In this document: piece after piece, positions 1 through 13,857 of the stretch
Layout: each line of letters opens with the position of its first letter
How positions within the stretch are numbered: the first letter of the stretch is position 1
DNA from: Antedon mediterranea
Taxonomy: Eukaryota > Animalia > Echinodermata
Reading direction: 5' to 3'
DNA: 64,000 nt
Assembly (NCBI RefSeq): GCF_964355755.1
Contig: NC_092675.1
Coordinates: 8,055,812 to 8,119,811, forward strand
The notes under the pieces: generated by a model
What the model was told of the DNA's origin: nothing
Seen by the model: the letters and a program-made list of their open reading frames with translations, nothing else
The model's database searches: none
Position numbers and translations under genes: made by a program

Positions 1-249
1 CGAAATAAGTAAGGTTCAATATTCCATTTGAGTTACGATTGTTTATTATAATAATTAATCTGCTATACATTTAACTCGTCTGAATATAGGTCTGGGTAGT
101 AGCTAATTATTAAGAAGGCAATACTAATCTACAGTATATTAACATTTCCAAGTTGTTTCAAAATTTCAGCTCTAAATTTGTGCCAATACAATTCTACAGG
201 CTGCTTTTTAAAATTCTATTTACGTTATAACTTATCAATTTTATTTTAG

Positions 250-3200
250 ATATAAATGATTGTGAACCGAACCCATGTCAAAATGGTGGAAAATGTATCG
301 ATGCCGTATCAGCTTACAAATGTATTTGTGCCAAAGGCTACGATGGAACACATTGCGAGAGAGGTGAGTTTCAAATACCAGTGCTAATGATAAAGACAGG
401 TTCTATACGAATTTGACATAGAGAGAGATACGGTACTGATTATCGGAAATATAATGCCTAAAAATGACTAGTTTTGTTTAAAAGCCATGTAAATATTCTC
501 ATAAACATGCATAGGTCTTTTAAAAATAAACAACCATTTTCGTTAATTCACTCAATTTATTAGGAAAAAAACCCAGGAAATCTCACTCTTCTTCGGAAAA
601 AACAATGTATTTTTTTATATAAGTTATTTAAGAAAAGAAAGAAAACACTGCTAGTAAGGTTGAACATTATTGCATTGTATTGGAAACAGAGAAAAGATAA
701 TCAAAGTAAAACATCTTTAATCAACAAAAAAATAATGTTATATCTTTGTTTTTGCCTTTATTTTAGACATTAATGAATGTATCGGTAATCGTTGTGAAAA
801 CGGAGCTACGTGCAAAGACGTTGTTTATGGATATGTCTGCTTTTGTGCATCAGGATATGCGGGTTTATTCTGTGAAGAAAGTGAGTAACTTTAACTGACA
901 ACAATGACCATTGACACGCGCGCTGGGTAATCTAGAGATTGAGACCCTTAGGCTTACTTTTGAATGAAGTGTTCTATATCTAGCCTATGTAGGTCTAACC
1001 ACTGGTTGATGTTTAACAATTCTGCCCATAAGAATCTAGATGTTGTTTAATATTAGGATTATTTACTGGTGCTTTAAATCCGCCTACCGGTACCGTATCC
1101 ATACTGATAACGTTTTGGTAGAGGAGTTACACACTCCAGCTTTTGCCAAATTAAGATAATTAAGACTCGTTTGATGCATTGGCTTACTTAATAAATTGTT
1201 ATAAATTATCTTTTAGATATAAATGATTGCGTGCCACAACCATGTCTGAATAATGGAAAGTGCCAAGATTTAATTAATGGATACAAGTGTTGGTGTGAGC
1301 CTGGCTACACTGGAGTAAACTGTGGAACAGGTAAAATTAAAAACCAAATTTCGTTTATTTTACGTTCTACCGTTTTAACAAAATTGTCACAAATGTAAAA
1401 CTAGAAAACGGTTGGTAACGTATTGGTCATGTCAGACAGAAATGTCAGTCTCTCTCCATCCATCTGCCAAATATTTTCAATCTGTCCCAGCATCATATTA
1501 TCGTCTAGAAATAATATAACCTTAATTCGTTTATTCGTTCCAATTTTAGACTATATAAGGCATACAATTAGATATTTTTATCATTTCAGATATTGATGAA
1601 TGCAACCCAGATCCTTGTTTGGCCGGCACATGCGTTGACGGTATAAATGGATACACATGCGACTGTTCGACTGGATTCAGAGGCGATATCTGTCAAATAA
1701 GTAAGTATGCCGGGTTGGTTTTTGTTTGTTTTTTCATGTTAAACTCATTCATTAATTACATCATAATAAGTTAAAAGTGTGTATATTTAGAATAATCGCA
1801 CCCTACTACTTGCACAGATCTTGGAAAACACAGCGCTTTGAAACCTTTGTCTCTTGCACTTTATAAATGTTATTTATTATTATTATTATTATTATATCAA
1901 CTCAATATTTAATTATCTATTTAGATGAAGACGACTGCAACCCAAATCCATGCGTATACGGATCATGCATTGATGGTGTCGGAGACTATTTCTGCGCATG
2001 TCAAGCAGGATTTGAAGGGAAAAATTGTGACATAAGTAAGTACAATTTTAAAGAAGTTGTATGAGAGAAGATAGCATTTATTCTTTTTTAACTATTTGGT
2101 TTGGTTGTATAATACTTCGTAAGGTGTAGTTTACACTATTATCTTATTCTTATTATCATAATCTAGACACGGATGATTGTAGCCCTACAGCGTGTATGAA
2201 TGGGGGAACGTGTCAAGATGGTGTCAATACTTACACCTGTATATGTCCACCTGGATACCAAGGACTAATCTGTGAAATCGGTAAGTTGCTTTTTAAAATT
2301 CATTCTGTAATTATGTATATTTAAGCAAATGTTGCAAACTTTGGATTGAAGAATTATTTAACAGTAATCGCAGCTTGTGTGGACATGCACAACAAACAGT
2401 AGAAGAAATAGACTTAGTGATTAACGTACTCTCAATTTCCAGGGTTCAATCCTGACCTAGTACCGGGGTTGTAACTCACGACTCTTTCAACTTCACACTC
2501 TAATCCTCGAGTGAGACTTAGTTTATAAGCACGATACATTCTAATATTTTAACCATTAATAATTGATGAGTTACTCGCTGTTTGATGCGTAAAAAAAAAA
2601 TCATATTTATAGAATGAAGCAGTTGAGTGAAATATAAAAGTTTCTTAGAAACAAAAGACAAACATTTCTTTATCTATTTTATTATTCTATGTTTTTGTAT
2701 GTTTCTTTATTTTCTATGAGATTATATCTTTATCGATAATGCTATAATTACAATGACATTATACAATGTTTATTTCTCTCAGATATTAACGAGTGTAACC
2801 CGGAACCTTGTCAAAATAAAGGAGTTTGTGTAAACAGTATCAATGCCTACTACTGCATATGTCCACCTGGGTATATCGGTATCAACTGCGAAATTAGTAA
2901 GAATAAAACTATTATTTATAATAAAACAAATCTTACCATATAAAGAAGTGTTGTCTAAAAATATTATTTACCTGATAAAACCGTAATGGAAAGAAAAAAT
3001 ATAGTCAACCGGAAACCGGAATCTTTATTTCTCATGTTTTTGTAGATAAAGAATTTTGTAATATCTCTGTTTTACCCTCTAATTGAATTGTATAATTGAA
3101 TATATGTTATATTTTAGATGTTGACGACTGTGTCGGAGATCCGTGTAAAAATGGCGCAACGTGTGTTGATCGTATTGGTGACTACAGATGTGAATGTCCA

Positions 3201-6200
3201 ACTGGCTACACAGGAAAAACTTGTGAAATTCGTAAGTGTAATATAATTTATTTTGTAAAGCTTGGTTCTCACTAGCACGCAACGCAAGGACGTAAAACGC
3301 AACGAAAGCGAATTGACCAATCAAACGCTAGGTTTTCTAACTGTTGCTTGCGATTGGTAAATTCGTTTGCGTTGCGGCATATTTCCTTGTGTTGCATCCT
3401 AGTGAGAACCAAGCTTAAGACAGTATGGGTTTTTAAAATACAAATATGATTCTTAATTCGTGGTAATTTGTAGGCGTATTATTCACATACTATCACATGG
3501 GTTATTTTCTTTATTAGCTATCAACGAATGCGCATCATACCCATGTCTGAATGGAGCAACGTGCTTTGATTTTATTGGCTATTATGAGTGTAAATGTAAT
3601 CCAGGATACACTGGTGTCAATTGCGACCAGAGTAAGTATTGCTTATTAATTACTGAATAATAACTGATTATCCTATGTCATCCCAGAAACGAGTATATAA
3701 TAATTTACAATTTGACTTGCGATTGTCAGTTAGAATCTGTTTGGTGACAGCTGCTGGCTGGCTGGCTTTGTGGTCATATTAATCTTCTGTAGTTGTTCGT
3801 TGTTGGCATATCTATCTATATTTCACCTATATTGTATCGCGTATGTTAATTATATTATCTGCTATAAGTTGAATTTATATTATTTTCAGATGTAAATGAA
3901 TGTGAACCAAACCCTTGCTTAAACGGAGGAATTTGTCTTGACAAAGTCAACGATTATAAATGTCTTTGTTTAAATGGTTACACAGGCAAGAACTGCGACA
4001 TCGGTACGTATTTTTTTTTTGTCAGGAAGACTTTAGGAGAGTTCAAGCCTGTTCTTTTAAAATGTTATAGCCTATAATTATTGTTGTATGGAGGAGAACG
4101 CCATTTCCCACTTCCTATCCACCTCTAGTGTCCGTTTCTGACATCCATGGGGTTTGTTTAAATTGATTGAAATCTATTTTATTTCAGATACAGACGAGTG
4201 CCGCTCAGACCCTTGTGAAAACGGCGGGACTTGCGCTCAGAGTCCAAACGGAGGCTACATATGTACATGCATTCCTGGCTACATTGGTGACAGATGTGAG
4301 ACTGGTAAGTTATCAATAAATATCTAAACAATAATATTACACATCCATATGACTAATCGAAAAATAGTGTTAGTAGTAAAACTATAATACATTGACAGAT
4401 ATTATTAATCTCACAGATATAAATGAGTGCGACAGCAACCCTTGCCAGAACGGAGCTACATGCATTAATTTGCTAAACATGTTTTGGTGCAACTGCGCCC
4501 CTGGTTACCAAGGATACACGTGTGACCAAGGTACGAACGCTGATTTCATTCACCCAAAATATGTTGTAATGTCGTAATCAGGCATCATGTTTAATTTTGA
4601 ATTAAAGTTATTTAGAATAAAGCTTTGTAAAATATATACTATCTTTAATTGATTGATTGATTAAGAAGCAGCATTTTGTATTATACCTATAAAACTGTGA
4701 ACAATCCTTTCAACTGTATAGTGTTTCTGAATCTAAACCATAGTCTACACAAGCAGACTTTAAGCTTGGTTCCCACTAGGACGCAACGCAAGGACGTAAG
4801 CGCAACGCAAGTGAGTTGACCAATCACAAGAGAAAATTCGGAAAATCCATCGCTTTGTGATTGGTTAAATTGCTTACGTCGCACTTACGTCGTTGCGTTA
4901 CGTCCTAGTGGGAACCAAGCTTTAGTTTGCAAACGCAAGTAACCTCGCAGTCAAAAGTTGTTTGGTGCAGACTAGGCTCTACTAGGAAACTTGATAAAAC
5001 TTGTGTTTACAAACTGCGAGTTTGTTCGTTTTATCCTTTACATCAAGCGTGTGATAGGTTTAGATTTTTTTTCAAATGTCGTTATTTTATATTTTATTCA
5101 GAGATTGATGAGTGTTACAGCCTACCTTGCCAAAATGGTGCTACCTGTAAAGATGAAGTAAATTCTTACTCATGCATCTGTTTCCCTGGATACGAAGGAC
5201 CAAACTGTGAAATCTGTGAGTTTTTTAAACAAACACAGCATTAGGCCTATGTATTATCATTTAATAGCAATTCTTATAGTATAACACGTCATATATACTG
5301 ACACAAGGACCTTACGTAAACACAAGATAAACCAAACGTACAAAATACAAAAATCACAAAATAGGATAAGTTAATGAAAATTAAGAAGAAAAAAGTTATT
5401 AAATAGTTACACACATTTTAAAAATAAATATTACCTTAGGTTGCCTATATATTCCCTAATTTAATTGGGAAAACTTTTTAAATTCTATTTATTTAAAAAC
5501 GTATTTATACAGGATAAAACATATCAGGTATAGATATTGCACTTGTTTTAAATATAATCCTGTTTTTTTTTAGATCAGTAGATTTCAAACATTCATTAAA
5601 AGAATTTAAAACTTACTAATATCACTATAAAAGTCACTATACAAAGTAACGAATTATATATAATTGTTTTTATTTTAGCTGTAAATGAATGTGATAACAT
5701 ACCATGTCAACATGATGGAGTATGTCTTACGACTGGTCCTGGAACTTACAAGTGCGTGTGTCCCACTGAATGGTTCGGAGATAACTGCCAATATCGTAAG
5801 TACTGTATTTAAAGATTAATTGTCATTTTCCTGCTTATTAAACATGTGTTTATAATAAGTCAGATTTTTCGCGAAGAGTTCTTGATGTACTATGTTGTCA
5901 ATGAGAGACCATGAACAATTAGATAAATAAAGCTCGTAGGCCTACTTCTATTAATAGTGATTCAAATTGCTAATACGTTGTTGTCTTTATCTACTTAACA
6001 GACGAGGATATGTTCTGTGATCATAAGAAAGATGGTTTGTACAGTCACTGGGTGCTTTGTTCTACCTACATCACGTGTAGTAATTTCGTTACATACAAAG
6101 TTGAATGTCCAGAAGGTTTAGTTTTTAACGCTAAAGCAGGGTATTGCGACTGGCCATCAAGTGTTCCAGACTGTGATGTACCAACAGAATGTACTGGCCG

Positions 6201-8022
6201 TCCGGATGGTCTCTACAGCCATCCTTCTGATTGCAGTCAATATATCCATTGTGGCGGTGGAATTGAATACTTACGGCAGTGTCAAGTTGGACTAGTTTTT
6301 AACCAGGCAAAAATGAAATGTGACTATCCGTATAATGTTGTTGGATGTTCAAATCAGCAACAGGTTGATCCATTTTGTAACGGTAAACCCGATGGTAGCT
6401 ACAGACATCCTACGGATTGTACTAAGTATTATATTTGCTCTTATGGAAGCCTTCAAGTTGCCTCTTGTTTTTACAACCTGGTGTACAACGAGCTTCTCAA
6501 TAAGTGTGATTTCCCTACAAAGTTTCCAGAATGTAACCAAGCACAAACTGGTGACGTCTACTGCAATGGAAAAGATGACGGTAACTACGAATACCCAGGT
6601 GATTGTGGTAAATTTGTTCAATGTTCCGGTGGCGTAAGTACTGTCACAACATGTGTACCAGGTTTAGTCTACTCTGTTGAGAATGACGAGTGCGATTATC
6701 CATTAACAGTTGGACCATGTGCCCAGGCTGCTCAAGTTGGAGACTTCTGTTCTACAAAGAGTGCTGTCGGCTTATACAAGGATCCATCAAACTGTGGAAA
6801 GTTCTACCAATGTTCAAATGGCAAAACGTATCACCACAGTTGTCCAACTGGTTTAGTATATAACGAAGTAGTCGAAAAATGTGACCATCATTCCAATGTA
6901 CCCGGATGTGCAGAACCACAAATTAAATTCGATCCATTTTGCTGGGATAAAGATGATGGAGCATACGCAGATCCAAGAAACTGCAACATGTATTACTGGT
7001 GTGACGACCAGATAGCTTTTCATTATGCTTGTCTTGAAAACCAGGCTTATAATGCGTATCAGAATACTTGTAACAGAGAAAGTGGTTGCAACAGCTTAGA
7101 ACCTCAATACCAACAACTAGACGCAGAATGCGAAACTGCTAATGGTTACTTTCCAGACAACAATTACTGCAAAGGATACTACGTATGTATCCTAGGCTCT
7201 GCCCAACGCCTTGAATGTGATGGAAATCTGGTTTTCAATCCACAAACAAAGAAATGTGACTTTGTTTCCAATGTTCCAGAATGTCAACCTGAAGATCCTC
7301 TCTGTGTCGATAGACCCAATGGTAAATATCCTTACCCAGATTCATGTACCACGTATTTAGTATGTGAAAATGGATATTCTGACGTCAGAATATGCAGATC
7401 TGGTCTTGCATACAATGCGGACGCTCAAGAATGTAGAGCACCAGCAGACACACCATCCTGCTTTTGCGTCGGGAAGTTGGACGGAAGTTACACAGATACT
7501 TCCAGCTGCAATCGATACTATAGCTGTTCAAATGAGGTTACATCACGTCCTAACTGCTCACCCGCGTTAACATACAATGCTGCCATTGGAACCTGTGATT
7601 CATCGCCAAATACAGGAACACCAGCGTGCACATTCCAACAACAGTCACCAGATCCATTATGTTTAGGTAAACCAGATGGAATCTACGGATTCGATGACCG
7701 ATGCGATCTATATTACCAGTGTACCTGGGGAGTGTCACAAGTCAATATATGTGTAGCAGGAAAGGTTTACAATCCGGCTGTCAAGACGTGTTCAGAAGCA
7801 ACTAAAATAAACGGGCCTTGTGGAGTCCAAGCACAAGTAGATAACCAATTCTGTTTCGACAAGACTAATGGATATCACTACCATCCAACAGACTGTAATA
7901 GATTTTACCAATGTTACCAAGGTACAACATACCCTAAAACATGTCAGCCTGGACTTTTCTTCAATGGTGAAGTAACACCTGTAAGGTGTGACTATCCATC
8001 AAACGTACCTAGGTGTAATTAA
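250..8022 (+). CDS. Gene A (5' part outside window): multi-EGF (fibropellin/Notch-type, mostly calcium-binding EGF) protein with a C-terminal array of 11 chitin-binding type 2 domains
   Basis: 14 single-EGF exons of 111-117 bp, all phase 1-1 with AG/GT sites: 250-363, 767-880, 1217-1330, 1590-1700, 1925-2035, 2167-2280, 2783-2896, 3118-3231, 3518-3631, 3890-4003, 4188-4304, 4417-4530, 5102-5215, 5679-5795 (consensus DINECxxxPCxNGxxCxDxxxxYxCxCxxGYxGxxC). Terminal exon is 6002-8022. No transmembrane segment. Confidence 0.92.
2420..2530 (+). mobile_element. Degenerate tRNA-derived SINE fragment (same family as 27710-27860)
   Basis: B-box-like GGTTCAATCC followed by 'actctttcaact...gagacttagttt', shared with 27710-27860. 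Confidence 0.45.
3259..3415. mobile_element. PIF/Harbinger-type MITE in an intron
   Basis: TIRs AGCTTGGTTCTCACTAG...CTAGTGAGAACCAAGCT, flanked by a TAA duplication; near-palindromic body. Confidence 0.8.
4763..4921. mobile_element. PIF/Harbinger-type MITE (same family as 3259), nested in an older small TIR element (about 4737-4978)
   Basis: TIRs AGCTTGGTTCCCACTAGGACG...CGTCCTAGTGGGAACCAAGCT with a TTA duplication. Absent from the paralogous intron at about 15725-15760. Confidence 0.8.
6002..8022 (+). CDS. Terminal exon of gene A: 11 tandem ChtBD2/peritrophin-A (CBM14) domains
   Basis: The 670-aa ORF has 11 six-cysteine repeats of the form C-x4-DGxYxHPxDCxxYxxC...CxxGLVFNxxxxxCD...C. A phase-1 acceptor (ttaacag) sits at 6001 and the stop TAA at 8020-8022. 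AATAAA signals follow at about 8200 and 8303. Confidence 0.93.
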
Positions 8023-8229
8023 TTGTCTCAAATAATTATGTTTAAATTGCCAGTGGCATAGTAAATTTCAACAATGGATATTAAAATGTCCGATACTACG
8101 CTTTTAAGCTATTTATACTAGCTGATCCATATTTCATAATGATATATAATTTATCTAATTATTAGCTGGATAGTTTTTCTGTGGCGAAAGCCCTATAATA
8201 ATAAAGAAGTATAGATACATTAAGGTATT

Positions 8230-8565
8230 TTGTATTGTAAATTGTTAATTTGAATAATTTAAACTAAATTAATTTGTACAACCAAAGAATAACACTTTTT
8301 GAAATAAAGAGATGTTGATAATAAGGTGTTGCTTCTTATATGCTCTTCTATTAATAACTGGAAACAACCATCATATTTTAAAATGTTGTATTGTAAATTG
8401 TTCGATCTAATAATACCTCAATGTATGTTAATTTGAATAATTTAAACTGAATTAATTTGTACAACCAAAGATTTTTGAAATTAAAAGATGTTGATAATAA
8501 TAATGGTGTTGCTTCATTTTTTGCTGCTTTTCAATGACTAAATGGAAACAGCCATCACATTTTAA
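8230..8565 (+). repeat. Imperfect tandem duplication (about 150-180 bp, two copies) in the 3' UTR region of gene A
   Basis: 'tgtattgtaaattgtt...aatttgaataatttaaact.aattaatttgtacaaccaaaga...ggtgttgcttc...tggaaaca.ccatca' occurs twice. Confidence 0.7.
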
Positions 8566-11443
8566 AAAAGTTTTTAAATTTGCTAGCGGACGATGAGGCT
8601 ACTAAAACTACAACCAACTTATGGTATTGTTAAACTTTATAAATATATCAGTTTAGTGGGAAGGCAGTTTGTAACAATAATTTTCAGAGAATGTTTGGTG
8701 CACCAAATTTTACATTTATGTTCGTGTTTTTATTTCGGTAATATCTACATATTTGCATGCCATTGTTCATAACATTTCTGTAGGCCTAGATCAATTATAT
8801 CATACCTAAACAATATGTTAGTTCAATTGGTCCAATACATTCTGGTATATAGTATTCTTCAGCCAAGTTTCAAAGTTTGTATATATAACATGTTACTTTA
8901 TAACACGCATATTATGTTATGGTCATAATATATTCGCCTTCAATGTCTCGTATCAGTAAGATGGAGACAATTGTAGACCTACTGTATATGTATTACAAAA
9001 AAATTCTTTTTATTTGAGCACTGTTACCGAATAGTATATCCACATATTTGTGGCGCTGAATATTTGTTCAGAACGTCACATACAATATCACCTATAAAAT
9101 ATCACCTACTGTCTTGTACAATACCATAATTATTAATTACAGCTTACAACTGAATGCGTACTCTAATTGACAGTTGACACTGTGATTTATGTACTGAACT
9201 AAAATTAGCACCCTGGGAATTACTTCCGAAAGAGAAACTTGTCACAAAATGAGACCAATTGTTTAAGTCAAATTTAAACCAACTTAATTTGTGTTTTGTA
9301 TGTAACATTAGGGTTGAGGGATGGGAAAGAGGATGGGTGCAAAGAGGAACAATTTTTAAATATATTCTTTATCCATGTAGTAACGAAATATTAATTGTTT
9401 TCATGTTTTACAAATAATATACCACTAAACACAGTAAAACATTGCGATGTAATACTTTGTGAAATTATCACCGTCCTAGTCGATTGAAATAGTACAGTAC
9501 ATGTAACGATACATCACTACGACGTGTATAATATGTTTATATAATGTAAAACAATTTGTGAAAACCACCCCTATTCGTGGCAAATCATAAATTCGATTTA
9601 ATCGTCAATAAATATTAAATTATCTAACTCAACTTAATTAGTAGGCCTAATGGTTTTCAATTGTTTCTTAGAGCCAATTCATACTTAAGTTGGTTCCTAA
9701 CCCTACCCACCAAAGTTGTTCTGCGTTTAGGGCATGTGATGCACCGTAGGCCTATCCTCTAGGCCTACTGGCTTTACAACGCTACTCATGCCAGTGAGGG
9801 AAGGGTGATGATGTCACGTGGGTGGTTTAACTGCAATAATAAAGATTTGTACATAATAAATATACGGCGACTGAAAACGCTAGCTCATTATCCGTAAAAA
9901 AAAATCTATATCCAACCTCTGCAGCACAAAAAAAATGGATCGATTTTCTGTTATGAGTATACAGTACTTGCCTTTACGACGCCTGAGGGAATAGACACTT
10001 GTGGAACAGAGATTGGAATGTTCCATTCATTTCAAATCAATACATTTGCATAAACTTTTCTTTCTTTCTTTCTTGGAGATCCAAGAAACATTTATTATAT
10101 ATGGCCTTTGGCCCAAATAATATACAATGTAATACAATATTAAATAAATATCAGTTGAGTGCGTTTAAAAATTCTGTTCTACGTTTAAATGAAAAAAATA
10201 AATATTTTCCAAGTTTAACAATAAGATCAGTATTTGTGGCAGACATAAGATAAATATATTTTAATTTAGTTGGGTTGTTTGTATAAAAGGAAAACATATA
10301 TTTAGTTCTAATATCTGAATAAAATATATTAAATCTATCAAAATAGTATTTTTTAAAGAAAATCGGCCTGTCTTCAACATTATGATACTGTACTCGAGCT
10401 GTTCAACTGGTTTTCAGCTATTAAAAACAATTATCGTAGGAGGAGATAGGAAAATGCGAAGCCTCCTCGCATTTTTGTGGCGGGTATTTTTCAAGATGGA
10501 CATCCATTAGACAGTGTATACCACGATCGGAAAACACCCCTATTTGGGGCAAATCGTTGAACCTAAATTCGTTTTAATCGTCAATAACTAATTATCGAAC
10601 TCAATTTAATTAGTAAACAGGGTTACATCAGGTGGTTAAAATCAGTACCGAAAGTACGAACCAACTTTATATACCATCGAGTAAACATTCTAGAAGTTAC
10701 GCGCGATTTACCGAATTTTGCCCTTACGTAAATTTATATATAGATGTCCGTGTTTTTTTCTCATAGTGACATAGGTGGTTATTCACTTCAGAAGACGGAT
10801 TCTTACAAAAGATTCTAATGCTGTTATTCTTCCTATATTATTGTACAATAACCTTTTACCTATCAATGTATTTGTGAGATATTTGATAATAATATAGAAT
10901 CTATTCTTCTTTTGTCGCATTGCTGTCATATTTAGGTATCATACGGTAATTATTAGTTTTCCATATATTTTATTTGTACTCCTTTACCTGGAAACATAAT
11001 AAGAGGCCATTAACTCTTACTAAAAGACAAATCGTAGTTATATAAGGAGCCGATACTCTGGTTTCGCACAAATCTTTCCTGTTATTCTCTTGATTTAACA
11101 TAGAAGATATGTTCATGTTTGGTACTTACCGGTACTAATATTGTAAGCAATAATAATGCTAATCATAATATCACACGATAGGTTATTGACATGACATATA
11201 TTGTATAAAAATTGTTGGAACGTCTCCAAATAACTATTCATTACTATTCATTATATCTATGTATTGGTATGAAGATTTTTCCGTGATTTTGTCGTAATCT
11301 TTTACCTGGAAACCCATATTGTACCCAGATAGTTGGTCATTTACTTCAACACATATTTTTGAAGACGAATTCTTACCAAAGAACCTGATGCTGTTTTGTC
11401 TACCTTATTGTATAATTACCTTTTACCTACTGTAATAAACATA

Positions 11444-13047
11444 ACTAGACATGAAACTCGTCACTTTGACGAGTTAGTTATCCGCACCACGATAAACGCC
11501 ACGTGCACGTCATACGTTGGAATATTGCACACAGATAAAGATTATGGCATTATGACAAGAACTGAAGAATATGATATGCTGTTAGTGCTGAATTCTGTCA
11601 ATTTTGTGTCATATAGTATATACATGCAAACACTACAGTATAATCTGTATACATATTACATACAGTGTAGAATAGGTGAAATTACGGGACCCGCCATTTA
11701 TTCCAATTTTTAACATGGCGACGGTATCAAAATGAAACACTTAGATAGCAATTTCAGAAGGAAATTATCTTAGGAACAACATATTAACGTGTAGAAGAAA
11801 TTTGAATACGTAAAATATAGATGCGCACCCTTTTAAATGTGATGAACTATTACGCAAAATATGAAAATACGACTTTTTTTATTCAACTGGCCATATGATG
11901 ACGTCACAACATCCGATTGGCAAAATGTTTACATGAATTCGTATCTACAATCCAATAGCTTCCAGAAAACGTTTTAATCGTGATTATCACATTTTATTCT
12001 TACGAGCTATTACAGAATAAAATTTACTGTAAAGATGAAATTAATGACCCACGTAATTGAAATTCTTAGGCATGATGACGTCATAAAAATTAAAATATTT
12101 TTATCTCATGCTAAAGAAAGTTGATTGACCTACACAATATATAAATGTAGGAGAAAAAGGAATACAGATAAGCGTGATGCGCTCCATTGAATGTGATGAG
12201 CAATAACGAAAGAGACAAAAATCCTATATTTTACATTCGTGTGGCCATACGATGACGTCACAATGTTTTTTTAGCCTTATCGATGCATGATCCGTTATCT
12301 ACAACTCATCAACTTCTAGATTTTGTAATAAAAATAAACGGTTCACGGTTTACTTTAGAAACTATGACTGTTTAAAAAAAGACAACATTTTGACGATTTT
12401 TTAAGCTTTTTCATAAAAAACGCGCATGAAATGTTTAATTCAACGTGTTCGTATGGCGTTATTTAAATTGAAAAAGGTCTAAATTGTTTTCAAAATTACT
12501 AGGAAAGGCTTGAAAAATATAATTCAAGAGAAAAAAATATGTTTTTAACGCTACGTGCGCACCGCGTGCGTAAAAAATTGCGCGCCCGTGGGAATTTTTG
12601 ACATGTTCAAAATGACAAGAAACGCATAAAAAGTTGATTAGAAATTAATTTTGCGCATTTTGAAATTTTAAATGCGCGTGCGCGCGTAACTTCTTGTGAA
12701 ACATGCCATTTTTAATCCGTAGAAAGTTTGCCCCTGATATGACTTAAATTTTGTCAAAGTGTCAATACTAAATGACTTTTGGTTTTTAATCTATGATCAA
12801 TCATTGAAATTCATAAAATTGCGCGTAAGTCACGTTGCGCAACTATGACGTCATTCAAAAATAGGAGGTGCACAACTTCACGTAAATGCCCATATGTTGT
12901 CAAAGTTAAGAAATGTTATGTTTACACATTTTAGAGAAACGCGATCCACAAAAAGGAAGGATGGAAAGAAGAATAATACAGAAAAAAACTGTTGATCTCA
13001 TACAATCACAAGGAGTTATCCGCTTGGTATACCAAGCGGATAACTAA
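11444..13047. mobile_element. Non-autonomous Helentron/HINE (DINE-1-like) element
   Basis: Absent from the paralog (empty site near 22090) and no TSD. Begins ACTAGA...GTTATCCGC and ends in the hairpin GTTATCCGCTTGGTATACCAAGCGGATAAC-TAA, a subterminal IR plus stem-loop. Confidence 0.7.
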
Positions 13048-13115
13048 TTATTGACGCAAATAACGCAAGTAATATGTATAATTATACCATTAATAAAATC
13101 ATTCTTCACACTTAA

Positions 13116-13636
13116 AGATGTATTGTCCCTTGAAACACAAAAAATGAAGGTAAAAATATTTTTTATTTAAATTGGCCATAACAAGTAATATTGCCAAAAA
13201 CAACAAGTTTACGTGATTAACAGGTAAATTAATTTGATTACATTTTGTCTAGAAAATCGTCGTGAGCGAAAGTAAACAAAGATTTCAAACCACGAGTAGG
13301 CCTATGCATTATGCATGATGCTAATTAGGATTGTTTACAACTCGTCACGGTTGAGAAGGTGTTTTCACACAGATCGCAAGGAAGGTTTATGATTATTCAT
13401 ACAGAGTAACCAAACAAGTGCGTTGCATTATGAGATATGTTTTGATCGAAAACTTTGACTGGAAGTCAAAGTTATTTTTTGAACAATAAAAACGTCTGTA
13501 TTTCAGTTAAATGATTTTTTTTCGACTAATTTTTTGTGAAATTTAATAACTATTATGATACTTCAAAATGACCCACTTTTTTTTCGAAATCTATTATTTT
13601 TATTTTTTTTTAATTAGTCAAAGGGACAATACATCT
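13116..13636. mobile_element. TTAA-targeting MITE (Kolobok-like)
   Basis: TIRs AGATGTATTGTCCC...GGGACAATACATCT, with TTAA on both sides. The paralogous empty site (22162-22165) has a single TTAA. Related copies at about 17880-18183, 18266 and 62297. Confidence 0.85.
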
Positions 13637-13786
13637 TTAAATGATTTATTATACCGTTTCCAACAACGTGAATTCTTGCATATGTTACACGTCTATTATG
13701 TTGGTTTTTTTTTCCACATATTGTTGTTGTAATCCCTACCTGGAAACATAATAAGAGGCCATTCACTCTACTAAAAGACGAATGGT

Positions 13787-13793
13787 TATAAAA
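13787..13793 (+). promoter_or_regulatory. TATA box of gene B
   Basis: TATAAAA about 70 bp upstream of the signal-peptide ATG, conserved in the paralog at 22316-22322. Confidence 0.5.
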
Positions 13794-13857
13794 GGAGCCG
13801 TTACTTTGGTATATCGTACAAATTGATAAGTTTGATTCTCTACAACTTACAAACAAG

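Noticed and set aside
250-5795. Notch, Crumbs or fibropellin gene call
   Set aside because: The EGF array ends in ChtBD2 repeats, with no LNR, transmembrane, ankyrin or avidin domain, so no symbol was assigned.
6320-7738. Overlapping alternate-frame and antisense ORFs, and the many other 60-110 aa ORFs in the track
   Set aside because: Shadows of real exons or chance frames in AT-rich repeats, with no recognisable motifs.
6010-8022. Chitinase
   Set aside because: No GH18 catalytic motif (DxxDxDxE) in the window; only binding domains.
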